NCBI GenBank assembly: GCA_009841075.1
Contig: VXMP01000003.1
Location: forward strand, 2,023-66,022
Length of the DNA: 64,000 nt
Source of the DNA: Acidimicrobiia bacterium
GTDB taxonomy: Bacteria > Actinomycetota > Acidimicrobiia > Spongiisociales > Spongiisociaceae
Direction: 5' to 3'
The notes beneath the pieces are model-generated. The model was not told the origin of the DNA, did not search any database, and was given only the letters and a program-made list of their open reading frames with translations. The translations under genes were made by a program, and so were the position numbers. Position 1 is the stretch's first letter, and every line of letters starts with the position of its first letter. Positions 8,512-17,667 of this stretch are shown in pieces.

Positions 8512-10533
8512 CAAGGTGGCCATCTGACCCCTGGTAAGCGGATCATCCGGACAGAAGGTGGTGGCAGTGCATCCGATGGTTATTCCTTCGTTGGCGATGG
8601 CATAGATTGCCCCCCGATGAGTGTGTTCTGCCGACACATCCTCAAACGTCTTACCGTCGAATGATGCGGCGGGTTCCAGATCCAACGATCTGGCCAGGAA
8701 GGCGGCCATCTGGCCTCTGGTGAGCAGAGCATCCGGGCAGAAGGTGGTCGTGGTGCACCCCTTGGTTATCCCGGCTGCAGCGATGGCGTAGATCACCTCG
8801 GCGAACCGGTGTCCTTCCGGAACGTCCTCAAAAGACGGATCATAGGGCGGAATCGGCCACCTCAGTCGCTGAGCCGTGGCTAGATGATGCGCCATTTCCT
8901 GGCGTTTGGCCTGGTCGTTAGGGCAGAAGTTGGAGCCGGTATCTCCGCATCCCAAGGCTGAATTGTTCCTCCACAGGGTTAGTATGCCTTCCCTATGATT
9001 GCTGTCGGCTATATCCTGGAAGAGAGGCAGCTGGTCAAACACAAGGACTCGTTCTTCGACCAGATCGTCCGGCGCTTGTCCCTCTCCTCTTCCTTCTTCT
9101 TCTTCCGGTGGAAGGGTAGGTGTTGCGGTGGGTGAGGCCGGTTCGTCATCTATCGCATAAATAACCGAGGACCGGAGCCCCAGACCATAGCGAAGCCATC
9201 CTCCGGCGGCAGTGGTGGTAACCCCTTCGCCGTTGTTAACCCCCTCGAATCTCACCCTAGACACACTGTTAACGGCCGGCGCGGACACCAGCCGAACATC
9301 GGTTACCTCGTCCCAGCCCAACAGCCCGGCGATCCGCTCGGCAGAAATGGTCTTACGCCAAAACGACACCGGACTGCCCAGCGCCGGGAGTGTATCCCAA
9401 GGGTCCGCCACCGGATATAGATACGGCCACTGGGCGACGTTGATGGCCCGCCCGTCCCATTCGGTAAAAAACCCGTACCGATTGCTGTTGGTAAACCCTC
9501 CCGAAGAGGCCGAATAGAAGGCCTGGATGATTCCCCCCTTGGTGTAGCGCTCCCAATCATCTCCGAAGTAGGTGAGCACCCGGCCTTCGGTGTTTTTAAC
9601 GCCGGTTACCCAAGCCTCATGGTCCGGGCCGTTCTTCCTCCACCATCCTACGTATACCTGATCCCGGGTGTTGTCGTACAGATGACACCAGCAGGAGTCC
9701 ATACGGGAGGCGGTAATCCCCGGGTCCTGATTGGGATCGGCCGGTCGAGGCACCACCTCCCGGGCGAAAAACTTGTAGGCGGCGTAGGTTCGGGCCGCTA
9801 TCGCCTGGGCCTCGTTCACCCCCGGGTTCTTCCATTCGACCAGAATCTCGGCGATCCCCCTGACGTAATCTTCCAGGCCGATTGTCAAGAGAACGTGGAA
9901 ACCCAGATCAACCGGGTCGTCCCTGATCTTGAGCTCGCCATGACGGTACTCGCACTCTTCGCTCCTGAGCCCGCACGGCCTGGATCGATCTTCCCCGTAA
10001 CGCAGCCTTACCCCGTCCGCCTCCGGCCAGGAGATCGAAGCCCGACAGTCGCCCGAGGTCCCTTGCAAGACACCCCCCTGGTAAAAGCCACATTCGCCGG
10101 ACCTGATACGACGAAACTCCCAGCGCTCCCCCGACCGAGGCTGCTCCGGTTTGGGGCAGGGGCCTTCGCCGTCTCCCGCCAGGCAGAGCTCCAGTGGACC
10201 TCCCACGGCGGTGAACTCCAACAGGGTGATCCCCGAGGCGATGTTCACCCACAGCGGGTTGTCCAGCGTGGTGAGCAAGTCGTTGGGTAGGTCTAGATCG
10301 GACAGATCGGCCGGTTGCGAATCTGTGTAGTAGTAGGAGGCGATTTCTTCACCGGATTTATCGGGATCGTCCAGCGACTGGCCGTAGGCCCCCCATTGGC
10401 TCATTCCCACCCCGTGTCCCCATCCCGACCCCTCGAACGTAAATACCAGGTCCTCCTGGGCGGCTACTTGAACCGTAAAAGCCAAGAGGCCCAACAGAGA
10501 AAATGCAAGGAGCCTTTTGATCACGCCGGACAT
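8464..10533 (-). CDS. Secreted SpoIID/LytB-domain protein with three C-terminal SLH-like repeats
   Basis: 689 aa with a signal peptide. SpoIID hallmarks: GSGWGHGVGMSQWGAYG, AIAARTYA, DQVY and FYSASSGGFT. The C-terminus has 3 repeats of F(E/Q)D(V/I)...GIT.GC...FCP...LTRGQMA.(F/L)LAR, an S-layer-homology-like pattern. Confidence 0.85.
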   Translation of the reverse strand: MSGVIKRLLAFSLLGLLAFTVQVAAQEDLVFTFEGSGWGHGVGMSQWGAYGQSLDDPDKSGEEIASYYYTDSQPADLSDLDLPNDLLTTLDNPLWVNIASGITLLEFTAVGGPLELCLAGDGEGPCPKPEQPRSGERWEFRRIRSGECGFYQGGVLQGTSGDCRASISWPEADGVRLRYGEDRSRPCGLRSEECEYRHGELKIRDDPVDLGFHVLLTIGLEDYVRGIAEILVEWKNPGVNEAQAIAARTYAAYKFFAREVVPRPADPNQDPGITASRMDSCWCHLYDNTRDQVYVGWWRKNGPDHEAWVTGVKNTEGRVLTYFGDDWERYTKGGIIQAFYSASSGGFTNSNRYGFFTEWDGRAINVAQWPYLYPVADPWDTLPALGSPVSFWRKTISAERIAGLLGWDEVTDVRLVSAPAVNSVSRVRFEGVNNGEGVTTTAAGGWLRYGLGLRSSVIYAIDDEPASPTATPTLPPEEEEGRGEGQAPDDLVEERVLVFDQLPLFQDIADSNHREGILTLWRNNSALGCGDTGSNFCPNDQAKRQEMAHHLATAQRLRWPIPPYDPSFEDVPEGHRFAEVIYAIAAAGITKGCTTTTFCPDALLTRGQMAAFLARSLDLEPAASFDGKTFEDVSAEHTHRGAIYAIANEGITIGCTATTFCPDDPLTRGQMATLLARAFFWKGPTPPDR

Positions 10534-10798
10534 TTTAGGGAAACAACCGCCCGGACCCGTTACACCACCCCCAAATCCAGAAGTTCTACCTGTATATGGC
10601 CCGTTTAGTGGGTTTCAAACTATTCAGATCGGAGTTTTATTACCCTACAGACCCTAAATCTCTTTAGGGAAAGGGCCTGCGTCTATCAACCCGGTCGAGT
10701 CCGCCATCCAGTCCGGTAGCCGGCCCCGTTTCGGAACCGCCACCCGGCTTTCTTCCCCATGGTGGGGGTGGGCGGCGGCAATCCTTATCGCATTAGCG

Positions 10799-12190
10799 GT
10801 GCTGGCGGTCTGGCTTCCTGATCTGGATCTACCTCTGGGCGACAGCGACGACGGGCGAATCCTGGCCCGGTTCGGACTTTCGGCCCGGAACTTCTGGGAT
10901 ATGGGGGCGGTCGAATCGGGTTTCGGGGCCCGAATCGACCCTTACATCCGAGGCGAATACGGAATCGAGCCCGGCCAAATACCACCCGAAGAGGCCGTTA
11001 CCTATGCCCACCATCCACCCCTCCAAACCTTCATCACCATCGCCTCGGTGGGATTATTGGGGGACAACGAAGCCGCCTTACGGGTGGTCGGGTTCCTGGT
11101 CGGGTCGGCCACCGTGCTGTTCATGGTGGCCCTGGCCCGACAGGTTGGGATGGGATGGGGGCCGACCCTACTGGGGGTGGGGGCTATGGCCTCGACCGGC
11201 TTCTACCTTATCTACGGGCGGTTGGGGGTGGGGTTCTCCCTGATCGCAGCGTCGGCGGCGCTGGTGGCCTATCTTCGCTCCCTCCGCCGCCCGCCCGGGT
11301 GGTTGACTGTTGGCGGCGGGGTATTGGCCTGCCTTACCGCCATGCAATCGTGGATAGCCATGGGAGCAATAGTCCTACTGGTTGTCTGGCTTTACACCTC
11401 CCAAGGATTATCGACCGTCACCCGAAGGATGGCGATAGGTGCCCTGCTCGGAATAGTTATCGTCGGGGTTTGGCTGGCCCTGGGAACCGACCCCGGCGAG
11501 CTGGGCAACCAGGTCACGCTACGTACCGAAACCGCCGACTATCCGTTAGGCGAGTTCCTGGCCCGACAGTGGCGGTTCGCCGGCTACCTAACCCCGATCT
11601 GGCTGCGGCTTCTGGCACCGATCGGGCTGATAGCCGGTTTGTTGGACCGAAGGACCCGTATTCCGACCGCCATAACCTTGGTGGTGGCTGCGGCCTGGAC
11701 GTTCGGTTTACGACAAGGCGCGTGGGTGCATGTCCTCTGGAACTTCCCTTGGCTGGCACCGATCACCCTCGGCCTGACCGCCCTGGCCGACCGGATCCGA
11801 CTCCTGCTTTCCGATCGGTGGGAAAAGGTGGCCGGATGGGCGGCGGCGGTGGTGATCGCAGCCACCTTTTACGGAACAATCACCGGCCCCATACCCGACA
11901 ACTACCTCCATACCCCCGCCCAGGCCGGGGCGGTTCTCAGCCAGGTCGCCCCCTCGGCCGCCGCCAAAATCTGGGTGACATCGGGCATTTCTTCACCCCG
12001 TTGGGTCTCCTTCTATCTTGATAAACCGGTGTGGGCTATCGAAACGGGCTATCTGGACTTGGTGGAACCGGATGATCTGATCCTGACCCGAACCGACCGG
12101 AAACCGAATAACATTCCGCTTCCCGACCACTTCCTTCTTGAAGAGGGCCGCTACCAATTGTTTGATGGTACTGCGGTGATCGACCGATAA
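10799..12190 (+). CDS. GT-C fold membrane glycosyltransferase (ArnT/PMT-like), paralog 1; true 5' end uncertain
   Basis: 463 aa, polytopic. YAHHPPL motif after the first periplasmic loop. Homologous to 15138-16691 (YVHHPPL). The frame stays open and encodes a TM helix upstream of the GTG at 10799, with no in-frame start there (see finding). Confidence 0.8.
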   Translation: MLAVWLPDLDLPLGDSDDGRILARFGLSARNFWDMGAVESGFGARIDPYIRGEYGIEPGQIPPEEAVTYAHHPPLQTFITIASVGLLGDNEAALRVVGFLVGSATVLFMVALARQVGMGWGPTLLGVGAMASTGFYLIYGRLGVGFSLIAASAALVAYLRSLRRPPGWLTVGGGVLACLTAMQSWIAMGAIVLLVVWLYTSQGLSTVTRRMAIGALLGIVIVGVWLALGTDPGELGNQVTLRTETADYPLGEFLARQWRFAGYLTPIWLRLLAPIGLIAGLLDRRTRIPTAITLVVAAAWTFGLRQGAWVHVLWNFPWLAPITLGLTALADRIRLLLSDRWEKVAGWAAAVVIAATFYGTITGPIPDNYLHTPAQAGAVLSQVAPSAAAKIWVTSGISSPRWVSFYLDKPVWAIETGYLDLVEPDDLILTRTDRKPNNIPLPDHFLLEEGRYQLFDGTAVIDR

Positions 12191-12206
12191 AGGTAAAACC
12201 GACCTG

Positions 12207-15125
12207 ATGAAAAACACCTCCCACAACGAGTCCTTTCCGGCCCGGCCCTCGCTGGTGGCGGGCAACGATTGGCCGTCTATAGAGGTTGAACAACCGGAGG
12301 CCTTTATCCCCCGGCATATGGTCACGGTAGTGGTTCCCTACTATCAAGCACCGGCCCAACTGGAAAAGACCCTGGCCGGTTTGGAGCGCCAAACCTATCC
12401 GCGGGATCTGTTCGAGGTAATCGTGGTGGACGACGGATCAAACCCTCCTCTGACCCGACCGGATACCCCGCTTAACCTGCGCGTCGAATATCAGGAAGAC
12501 CAGGGGTTCCGTCTCGCCGAAGCCCGGAACCGGGGGGCTCGGGCGGCCCAAGGGGACATACTGCTGTTTCTCGACTGCGACATGATCCCCGAAGACGAAT
12601 GGATGACCGCCCATGCCCGCTGGCATCACGCCGTGAGCGATGCCCTGACCCTGGGCTTTCGTTTCCATGTCGAGATCGACGACCTGTCCACGCAGGCGAT
12701 CCGTAATCGCCAGGGCACCCTCCGAGAACTTTGCAAAGACCGAAAGTCCACCCGGCCCGAATGGATCGAAGGGCAAATGGACCGGACTGCCAACCTGACC
12801 TCCGATCATGATGATCTGTTCCGAGTGGTGACCGGCGGCAATCTAGGCATCAGTAGATGGTTCTTCGAACTGATCGGAGGTTTCGACGGCTCCTTCAACC
12901 GGTGGGGAATGGAAGATGTCGAACTCGGCTACCGGGCGCAAACCAGAGGAGGGATTCTGATCCCTGAACGAGCCGCCGAATGCCGGCATCAGGGCGAAGG
13001 GGCGGCACCCAGCCCGGACGAAAAGGCCAGCCTTTCCCTACAGAGGGCCCGCTGTTCCCATCTGATCGCCCACTACGGCTTCCGCCAATCCGTGCCGGGA
13101 CGGATCTACCTCGTCCCCTCCTTTGTCATCATCCTCGACCCGCTTCGCCACTCGGTCGAGATAATCCACAACACCGTGCAGATGCTGCTGGCCAACACCA
13201 TCACCGACCTGGTGGTCTGGGTTATTGAACCTCGTGACGACCCTCGATTCGAGCTACTCCGCTACCACCTCGACCCTGATCCGAGGGTGGAGTTCGGTCC
13301 GGAAGAGGACGCCGGGAAACGCTATCCCAACTCGCCTTTCCGTATTAAGGTACCGGCCGGATTCCTGGGAGGCCGGAGACTGATCTGGATGCTCAGGAAA
13401 CGGTTGGGTAAGGCCATCATGGCGGTGGGATACCTGGACCGAGGAAGTTCTATCTCCATCACCCGAACCTGGGCACTGGAAAGAGCGATACGAACCGGCC
13501 AACCCATCGGCAGGTTCGGCCGGATAGAAGAGTTCGACCCGGCCAAACTGATCGACCGTGACAGCCATCTGCGGAGCGTCCCTTGGGTTAGCCCGACCGG
13601 CCAAACCCTGATCGGGCGGGCTTTTGGTGCCGTCAAAGAGATCCGTAATCTCAAGGATGCCATGCGGGTGGGGAAATGGTTGGGCAGAGGCGTACGCAAC
13701 CGGTTGGCCATCTATCTTCTCCGGGCCAAGCCGCAGCTGAAACGGCCCGAAAAGAGCCGCTCCTTCAAAGAATACCCTCCTGCCTCCTACCCTTTAGGAA
13801 TCGAAATAGCGGTGGCGGGTCCCCGATCGAGGAGTGTTTTTGCCGCCTCCGACCGGGTTCACTTCTCAATGGACACCGGCGATCCTGACCTGGTGCTGGT
13901 AGATTCCTCGGATCCGGCCTTGTCCGCCTGGCTTCGGGGCGACCATCCGGTGGTACCGCTCAACGCCGCCCATCCCCTACTTTCGGTGCCGGCCTTCGAC
14001 CCCGAACAGGTCAACCCCATGGGGTGGGTTTATGAGGTACCCGACCGAGTAATGGTCCTGGGGAAATCGCTTCCCCAGCCTTATAAACCTACCGGTCCGG
14101 ATGCGATCGATCAGGTCATTATCCCTATACCGAAGCGGCTTCATCACCTGGTAGATGACGGAACCTACCCAACCGCGGTGGTGGATCGGGCCCGCATCCT
14201 GGCAGCCCTGGCCGCCTCCGGTGTTCCGATCTATATCAAAAACTCCGACCCTGATCTGGAGGCCCATCTCGGAACCGAGCTGTACACCGCCATGCGTGAT
14301 GATCGGATCCCTGATGCCGAAAGCCGACTTCGCGAGAAACTCAGCATCCAACAGCGTCGCATATCGTTGCGAACCCATTCGCTTCGGGCTCGGGCTCGAC
14401 AGATAGCGGAACAGGTCGGCATCTCCAATCCGATCGGGACACCGGACGTTTCGATGCTGCTATGCACCCGCCGTCCTGAAAACCTCCGCCGGGCACTAAA
14501 AGGATTGGGTGCCCAAACCTACCCTCGGCTGGAGCTGGTACTGGCGCTCCATGGGGACGGATTCCCCGCCGATATCGACACCTCCGAGGTTCCCTTCCCG
14601 GTTGAGATAGTCCGGTTATCGGCCGACACCATTTTCGGCCGAGCCCTGAACCAGGCCACCGAGGTTGCCGGCGGGAAACTGCTGACCAAGGTAGACGACG
14701 ACGATCTTTATGGTGCTGAGCACGTTTGGGATCTGGTACTGGCGCGCGAGTTCTCCCGAGCCGACCTGGTGGCAAAAGCGGCCGAGTTCGTCTACCTGAA
14801 ACAAGCCGACCGGACGTTACGGCGGATGAAAGGAGCCGGAGAACGGTTCTCCCCCCGGCCCACCATCGCAGGTGGGGCTCTGATGATCGCGGTTCATGAC
14901 CTGATGGAAATGGGCGGATGGCGGCGAGCGCCATCACAGGTAGACAAGCTTCTATTGGATGATGTAACCATGGCCGGCGGTAAGACCTATCGAACCCACG
15001 GCCACGGATACCTGCTGGTGCGCCACGGCAGCGGCCATACCTGGGAACAGCCCGACTCCTACTTCTTGGACCACGCCGACGAAACCCGCCCCGGGCTGGA
15101 TCCGGCCTTTGCGGGAATCGAATAG
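12207..15125 (+). CDS. Large glycosyltransferase with two GT2 domains
   Basis: 972 aa. N-terminal GT2: VTVVVPYYQAPAQLEKTLAGLERQTYP, VIVVDDGS, LFLDCDMIP, WGMEDVELGYR. C-terminal GT2: VSMLLCTRRPENLRRALKGLGAQTYP, KVDDDDLYG. Confidence 0.85.
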   Translation: MKNTSHNESFPARPSLVAGNDWPSIEVEQPEAFIPRHMVTVVVPYYQAPAQLEKTLAGLERQTYPRDLFEVIVVDDGSNPPLTRPDTPLNLRVEYQEDQGFRLAEARNRGARAAQGDILLFLDCDMIPEDEWMTAHARWHHAVSDALTLGFRFHVEIDDLSTQAIRNRQGTLRELCKDRKSTRPEWIEGQMDRTANLTSDHDDLFRVVTGGNLGISRWFFELIGGFDGSFNRWGMEDVELGYRAQTRGGILIPERAAECRHQGEGAAPSPDEKASLSLQRARCSHLIAHYGFRQSVPGRIYLVPSFVIILDPLRHSVEIIHNTVQMLLANTITDLVVWVIEPRDDPRFELLRYHLDPDPRVEFGPEEDAGKRYPNSPFRIKVPAGFLGGRRLIWMLRKRLGKAIMAVGYLDRGSSISITRTWALERAIRTGQPIGRFGRIEEFDPAKLIDRDSHLRSVPWVSPTGQTLIGRAFGAVKEIRNLKDAMRVGKWLGRGVRNRLAIYLLRAKPQLKRPEKSRSFKEYPPASYPLGIEIAVAGPRSRSVFAASDRVHFSMDTGDPDLVLVDSSDPALSAWLRGDHPVVPLNAAHPLLSVPAFDPEQVNPMGWVYEVPDRVMVLGKSLPQPYKPTGPDAIDQVIIPIPKRLHHLVDDGTYPTAVVDRARILAALAASGVPIYIKNSDPDLEAHLGTELYTAMRDDRIPDAESRLREKLSIQQRRISLRTHSLRARARQIAEQVGISNPIGTPDVSMLLCTRRPENLRRALKGLGAQTYPRLELVLALHGDGFPADIDTSEVPFPVEIVRLSADTIFGRALNQATEVAGGKLLTKVDDDDLYGAEHVWDLVLAREFSRADLVAKAAEFVYLKQADRTLRRMKGAGERFSPRPTIAGGALMIAVHDLMEMGGWRRAPSQVDKLLLDDVTMAGGKTYRTHGHGYLLVRHGSGHTWEQPDSYFLDHADETRPGLDPAFAGIE

Positions 15126-15137
15126 CCGAAATCCGGG

Positions 15138-16691
15138 TTACCCCGCTAAAGCTCCGGCTTCGAATAGGGCGTAGCGGCCTTGGACGGCCACCGGACCGGA
15201 CCCATTCTGCAGCTGAGCCGGCATCCGGTCGGTACGGACCAGCACCAGGTCGGAGGGGTTTATTCGATCTACCGCAACGGACCCCGGTGGTTCTGCCGGT
15301 AGATCCCAGTAGTAGCTCACCCAGCGCGGAAGCGGATCCACCCCTTCCGCTACCCACCCCACCCTCTGGCCCTCCGCCGGTGCTACCTCCCTTAGAAGAC
15401 GGCCCGCCTCGGAAGGGACATCGAAGTAGGCCTCCCTGTATATATCCATTCCGAGGAGGCCGGTTCCCGCCAGCCAGATCACGGCTGCCGCGGTCGCTAT
15501 CCGAACACCCTGCCCCCAGGTGGTCTGATCCCGGTTAACCAACCAGGTCGAACCCAATCGATCCAAGCCGGCCGCCATCCCCAGGCAGATAGGAACCAGG
15601 AGCGGAAAGGTCCAATAGTCGTGGATAAGAGCGGAATCAGGGTTGACCACCGTCCAAACCCCGAGCGCGACCCCGATCGACACCGCAGGGAGACGGGTGC
15701 GGCGGTCAACGGCGGCATAGACCAGAGCGGGGACCATCAGCCAACGGAACCAGCTCGGAAAGAGGGTGTTGTAGAACCAGCGGTAGTTCTCCACCAGGTC
15801 GGATAAAGGTGGCCATTGCCGTCTTATTGCGACATGATTTGCCAACTCGGCGGTATCCCCCACCGTCACCGCCCAGACCAGTGTGACCAGCACAGCTATA
15901 GCGCCTGCCGAACCCATTTGCCAGGAGACCTGCCGAAACCCGGGTCGACGTAAACCCCATCCGGCCAGGGCCGCTACCAGCAGAACCCCTATCCAGGAGG
16001 AGAATGCCGCCGCAGCTGCCGCCAACCAAAGGCCGGCCGAAGCAGGTCGGGTACTCCGAATAACCGGTCGGTAGGGTTGGTACGGATTTCCTGTTTCGTA
16101 TCCGTAGGCTCTCAGCCGGCGTACCCAAAGGGCCACCAAGACCACCATGATGAACATCCCGATCCCCAGCCGGGCATAGATCCAGAACATGGGAGTGTTG
16201 ATCACCAGCACCAAAGCCGCCAAGGTCGCCCCACCCCCGATAGAAAGCTCGCCGGCCAACCAGATCAGAGCCACGACCGTCCCCAGTCCGGCCAGATATC
16301 CGATCAGGTGCAGCTGCCATTCCCCCTGGCCGAACACCGAGCCGATCAAGGCCTGCATCAGGTTGAGCAAAGGCGGATGATGGACATAGGGTTGCGGTGA
16401 GAACGGGGCCATGGACGCCAGGAAATCCGAGCCCGACAGCCCGTTTTCCAGAAAGTTGCGAACCTGCAAGCCCAACCGACCGTTGATCCGTCCGTCATGG
16501 CTCGCACCCAGCGGTAGAAACAGCAGCGGCCACCACCCCGCCGCCAGAACGGCGATCGCCAAACCTCCCCCCACCGTGACCATCCGGGGTCGTAATCTGA
16601 AAACCGGATCGGGGTTTTTAATCATCCTCCCGAACCTTAGGTCAGGCGTTGATTCAAAAATGGGTTTGCCGCTTCCGGTTCGGGCAGGCAA
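15138..16691 (-). CDS. GT-C fold membrane glycosyltransferase (ArnT/PMT-like), paralog 2
   Basis: 517 aa, polytopic. PYVHHPPLLNLM motif. The N-terminal TM plus LPLGASHDGRINGRLG aligns with the paralog's LPLGDSDDGRILARFG. An alternative start MIKNPD at 16625 is possible. Confidence 0.8.
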   Translation of the reverse strand: MPARTGSGKPIFESTPDLRFGRMIKNPDPVFRLRPRMVTVGGGLAIAVLAAGWWPLLFLPLGASHDGRINGRLGLQVRNFLENGLSGSDFLASMAPFSPQPYVHHPPLLNLMQALIGSVFGQGEWQLHLIGYLAGLGTVVALIWLAGELSIGGGATLAALVLVINTPMFWIYARLGIGMFIMVVLVALWVRRLRAYGYETGNPYQPYRPVIRSTRPASAGLWLAAAAAAFSSWIGVLLVAALAGWGLRRPGFRQVSWQMGSAGAIAVLVTLVWAVTVGDTAELANHVAIRRQWPPLSDLVENYRWFYNTLFPSWFRWLMVPALVYAAVDRRTRLPAVSIGVALGVWTVVNPDSALIHDYWTFPLLVPICLGMAAGLDRLGSTWLVNRDQTTWGQGVRIATAAAVIWLAGTGLLGMDIYREAYFDVPSEAGRLLREVAPAEGQRVGWVAEGVDPLPRWVSYYWDLPAEPPGSVAVDRINPSDLVLVRTDRMPAQLQNGSGPVAVQGRYALFEAGALAG

Positions 16692-17658
16692 ACTTCAGGG
16701 CGTGCCTACCGAATCCCCCCGGTCCTCCGTGGACGTAAGCGTGGTCCTTCCGGTCTACAACGAAGCCGGCCACCTGGCCACCGAGGTAGACCGGATCCGG
16801 GCCGCCCTGGAAGACTCCCCTTACCGATACGAGATTCTGGTGGTAGACGACGGATCAACCGACGGCGGCCCGCAGGAGTTGGCCGATCTGGAAGGGGTGC
16901 GGCGGATCACCTTCCACCGGAACCGGGGATCCGGAGCGGCGCGGCAGGCCGGCACCGCCCTGGCCCAAGGGGAAATCGTGGTTTGGACGGACGTGGACAT
17001 GACCTACCCGAACCATCAGATCCCCGAGCTGGTCGACAACTTGGCAGGTTGGGACATGGTGGTAGGGGCTCGGCAGGCGGAACAGGGAACGCGGCGGTTG
17101 GTCCGTATCCCGGCCAAATGGCTGATCAGAAAGCTGGCCGCCTTTCTGGTCCGAACCAGGATTCCGGATCTGAACTCCGGCTTCCGAGCCTTCCGCAAAA
17201 CCGTAGCCGACCAGTACATGCATCTTCTGCCCAGCGGTTTCAGCTGCGTCACCACCCTGACCATGAGCTTCCTGTCCAACGGATATTCGGTACGCTATGT
17301 TCCGATCGATTACGCCCCCCGGGCGGGCAAGTCGAAGTTTCACTGGTGGAAGGACACCCTTCGCTACCTTCGGCAGGTGGTACGGATGGTTCTCCTATGG
17401 GATCCGTTCCGGTTCTTCGCCCCCTTCGGCGTGGTGGTTGGCCTGGGCGGGATGGGCAAATTGGTATACGACCTGGTCACCAAGGATCTGCGGGTGGCCA
17501 CCAACACCATCGTCCTGCTGATAATCGCCGCCCTGTTTCTACTGATCGCCCTGGTCACCGATCTTCTGGTCCAGCTGAACCGGCCCCGCTATACCGTCCT
17601 CCCCGCCTACACCGCCGAACCTGATCAAGGGAAGGCTGCCGAAGATCCGTTCCTATAG
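16660..17658 (+). CDS. Polyprenyl-phosphate sugar synthase (Dpm1/GtrB-like GT2) with C-terminal TM helices
   Basis: VSVVLPVYNEAGHL, ILVVDDGSTDGG, DVDMTYP and two C-terminal TM segments. The track ORF starts at 16411, which would overlap the divergent GT-C gene by 280 nt. I chose ATG 16660; GTG 16729 is also possible. Confidence 0.8.
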   Translation: MGLPLPVRAGKLQGVPTESPRSSVDVSVVLPVYNEAGHLATEVDRIRAALEDSPYRYEILVVDDGSTDGGPQELADLEGVRRITFHRNRGSGAARQAGTALAQGEIVVWTDVDMTYPNHQIPELVDNLAGWDMVVGARQAEQGTRRLVRIPAKWLIRKLAAFLVRTRIPDLNSGFRAFRKTVADQYMHLLPSGFSCVTTLTMSFLSNGYSVRYVPIDYAPRAGKSKFHWWKDTLRYLRQVVRMVLLWDPFRFFAPFGVVVGLGGMGKLVYDLVTKDLRVATNTIVLLIIAALFLLIALVTDLLVQLNRPRYTVLPAYTAEPDQGKAAEDPFL

Positions 17659-17667
17659 ACGAAACCG

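Noticed and set aside
16411-16659. N-terminal 83-aa extension of the polyprenyl-P sugar synthase ORF
   Set aside because: It would overlap the divergent GT-C gene by 280 nt. The extension is Arg/Pro-rich and precedes the conserved VSVVLPVYNE start of the GT2 fold by more than 100 aa.
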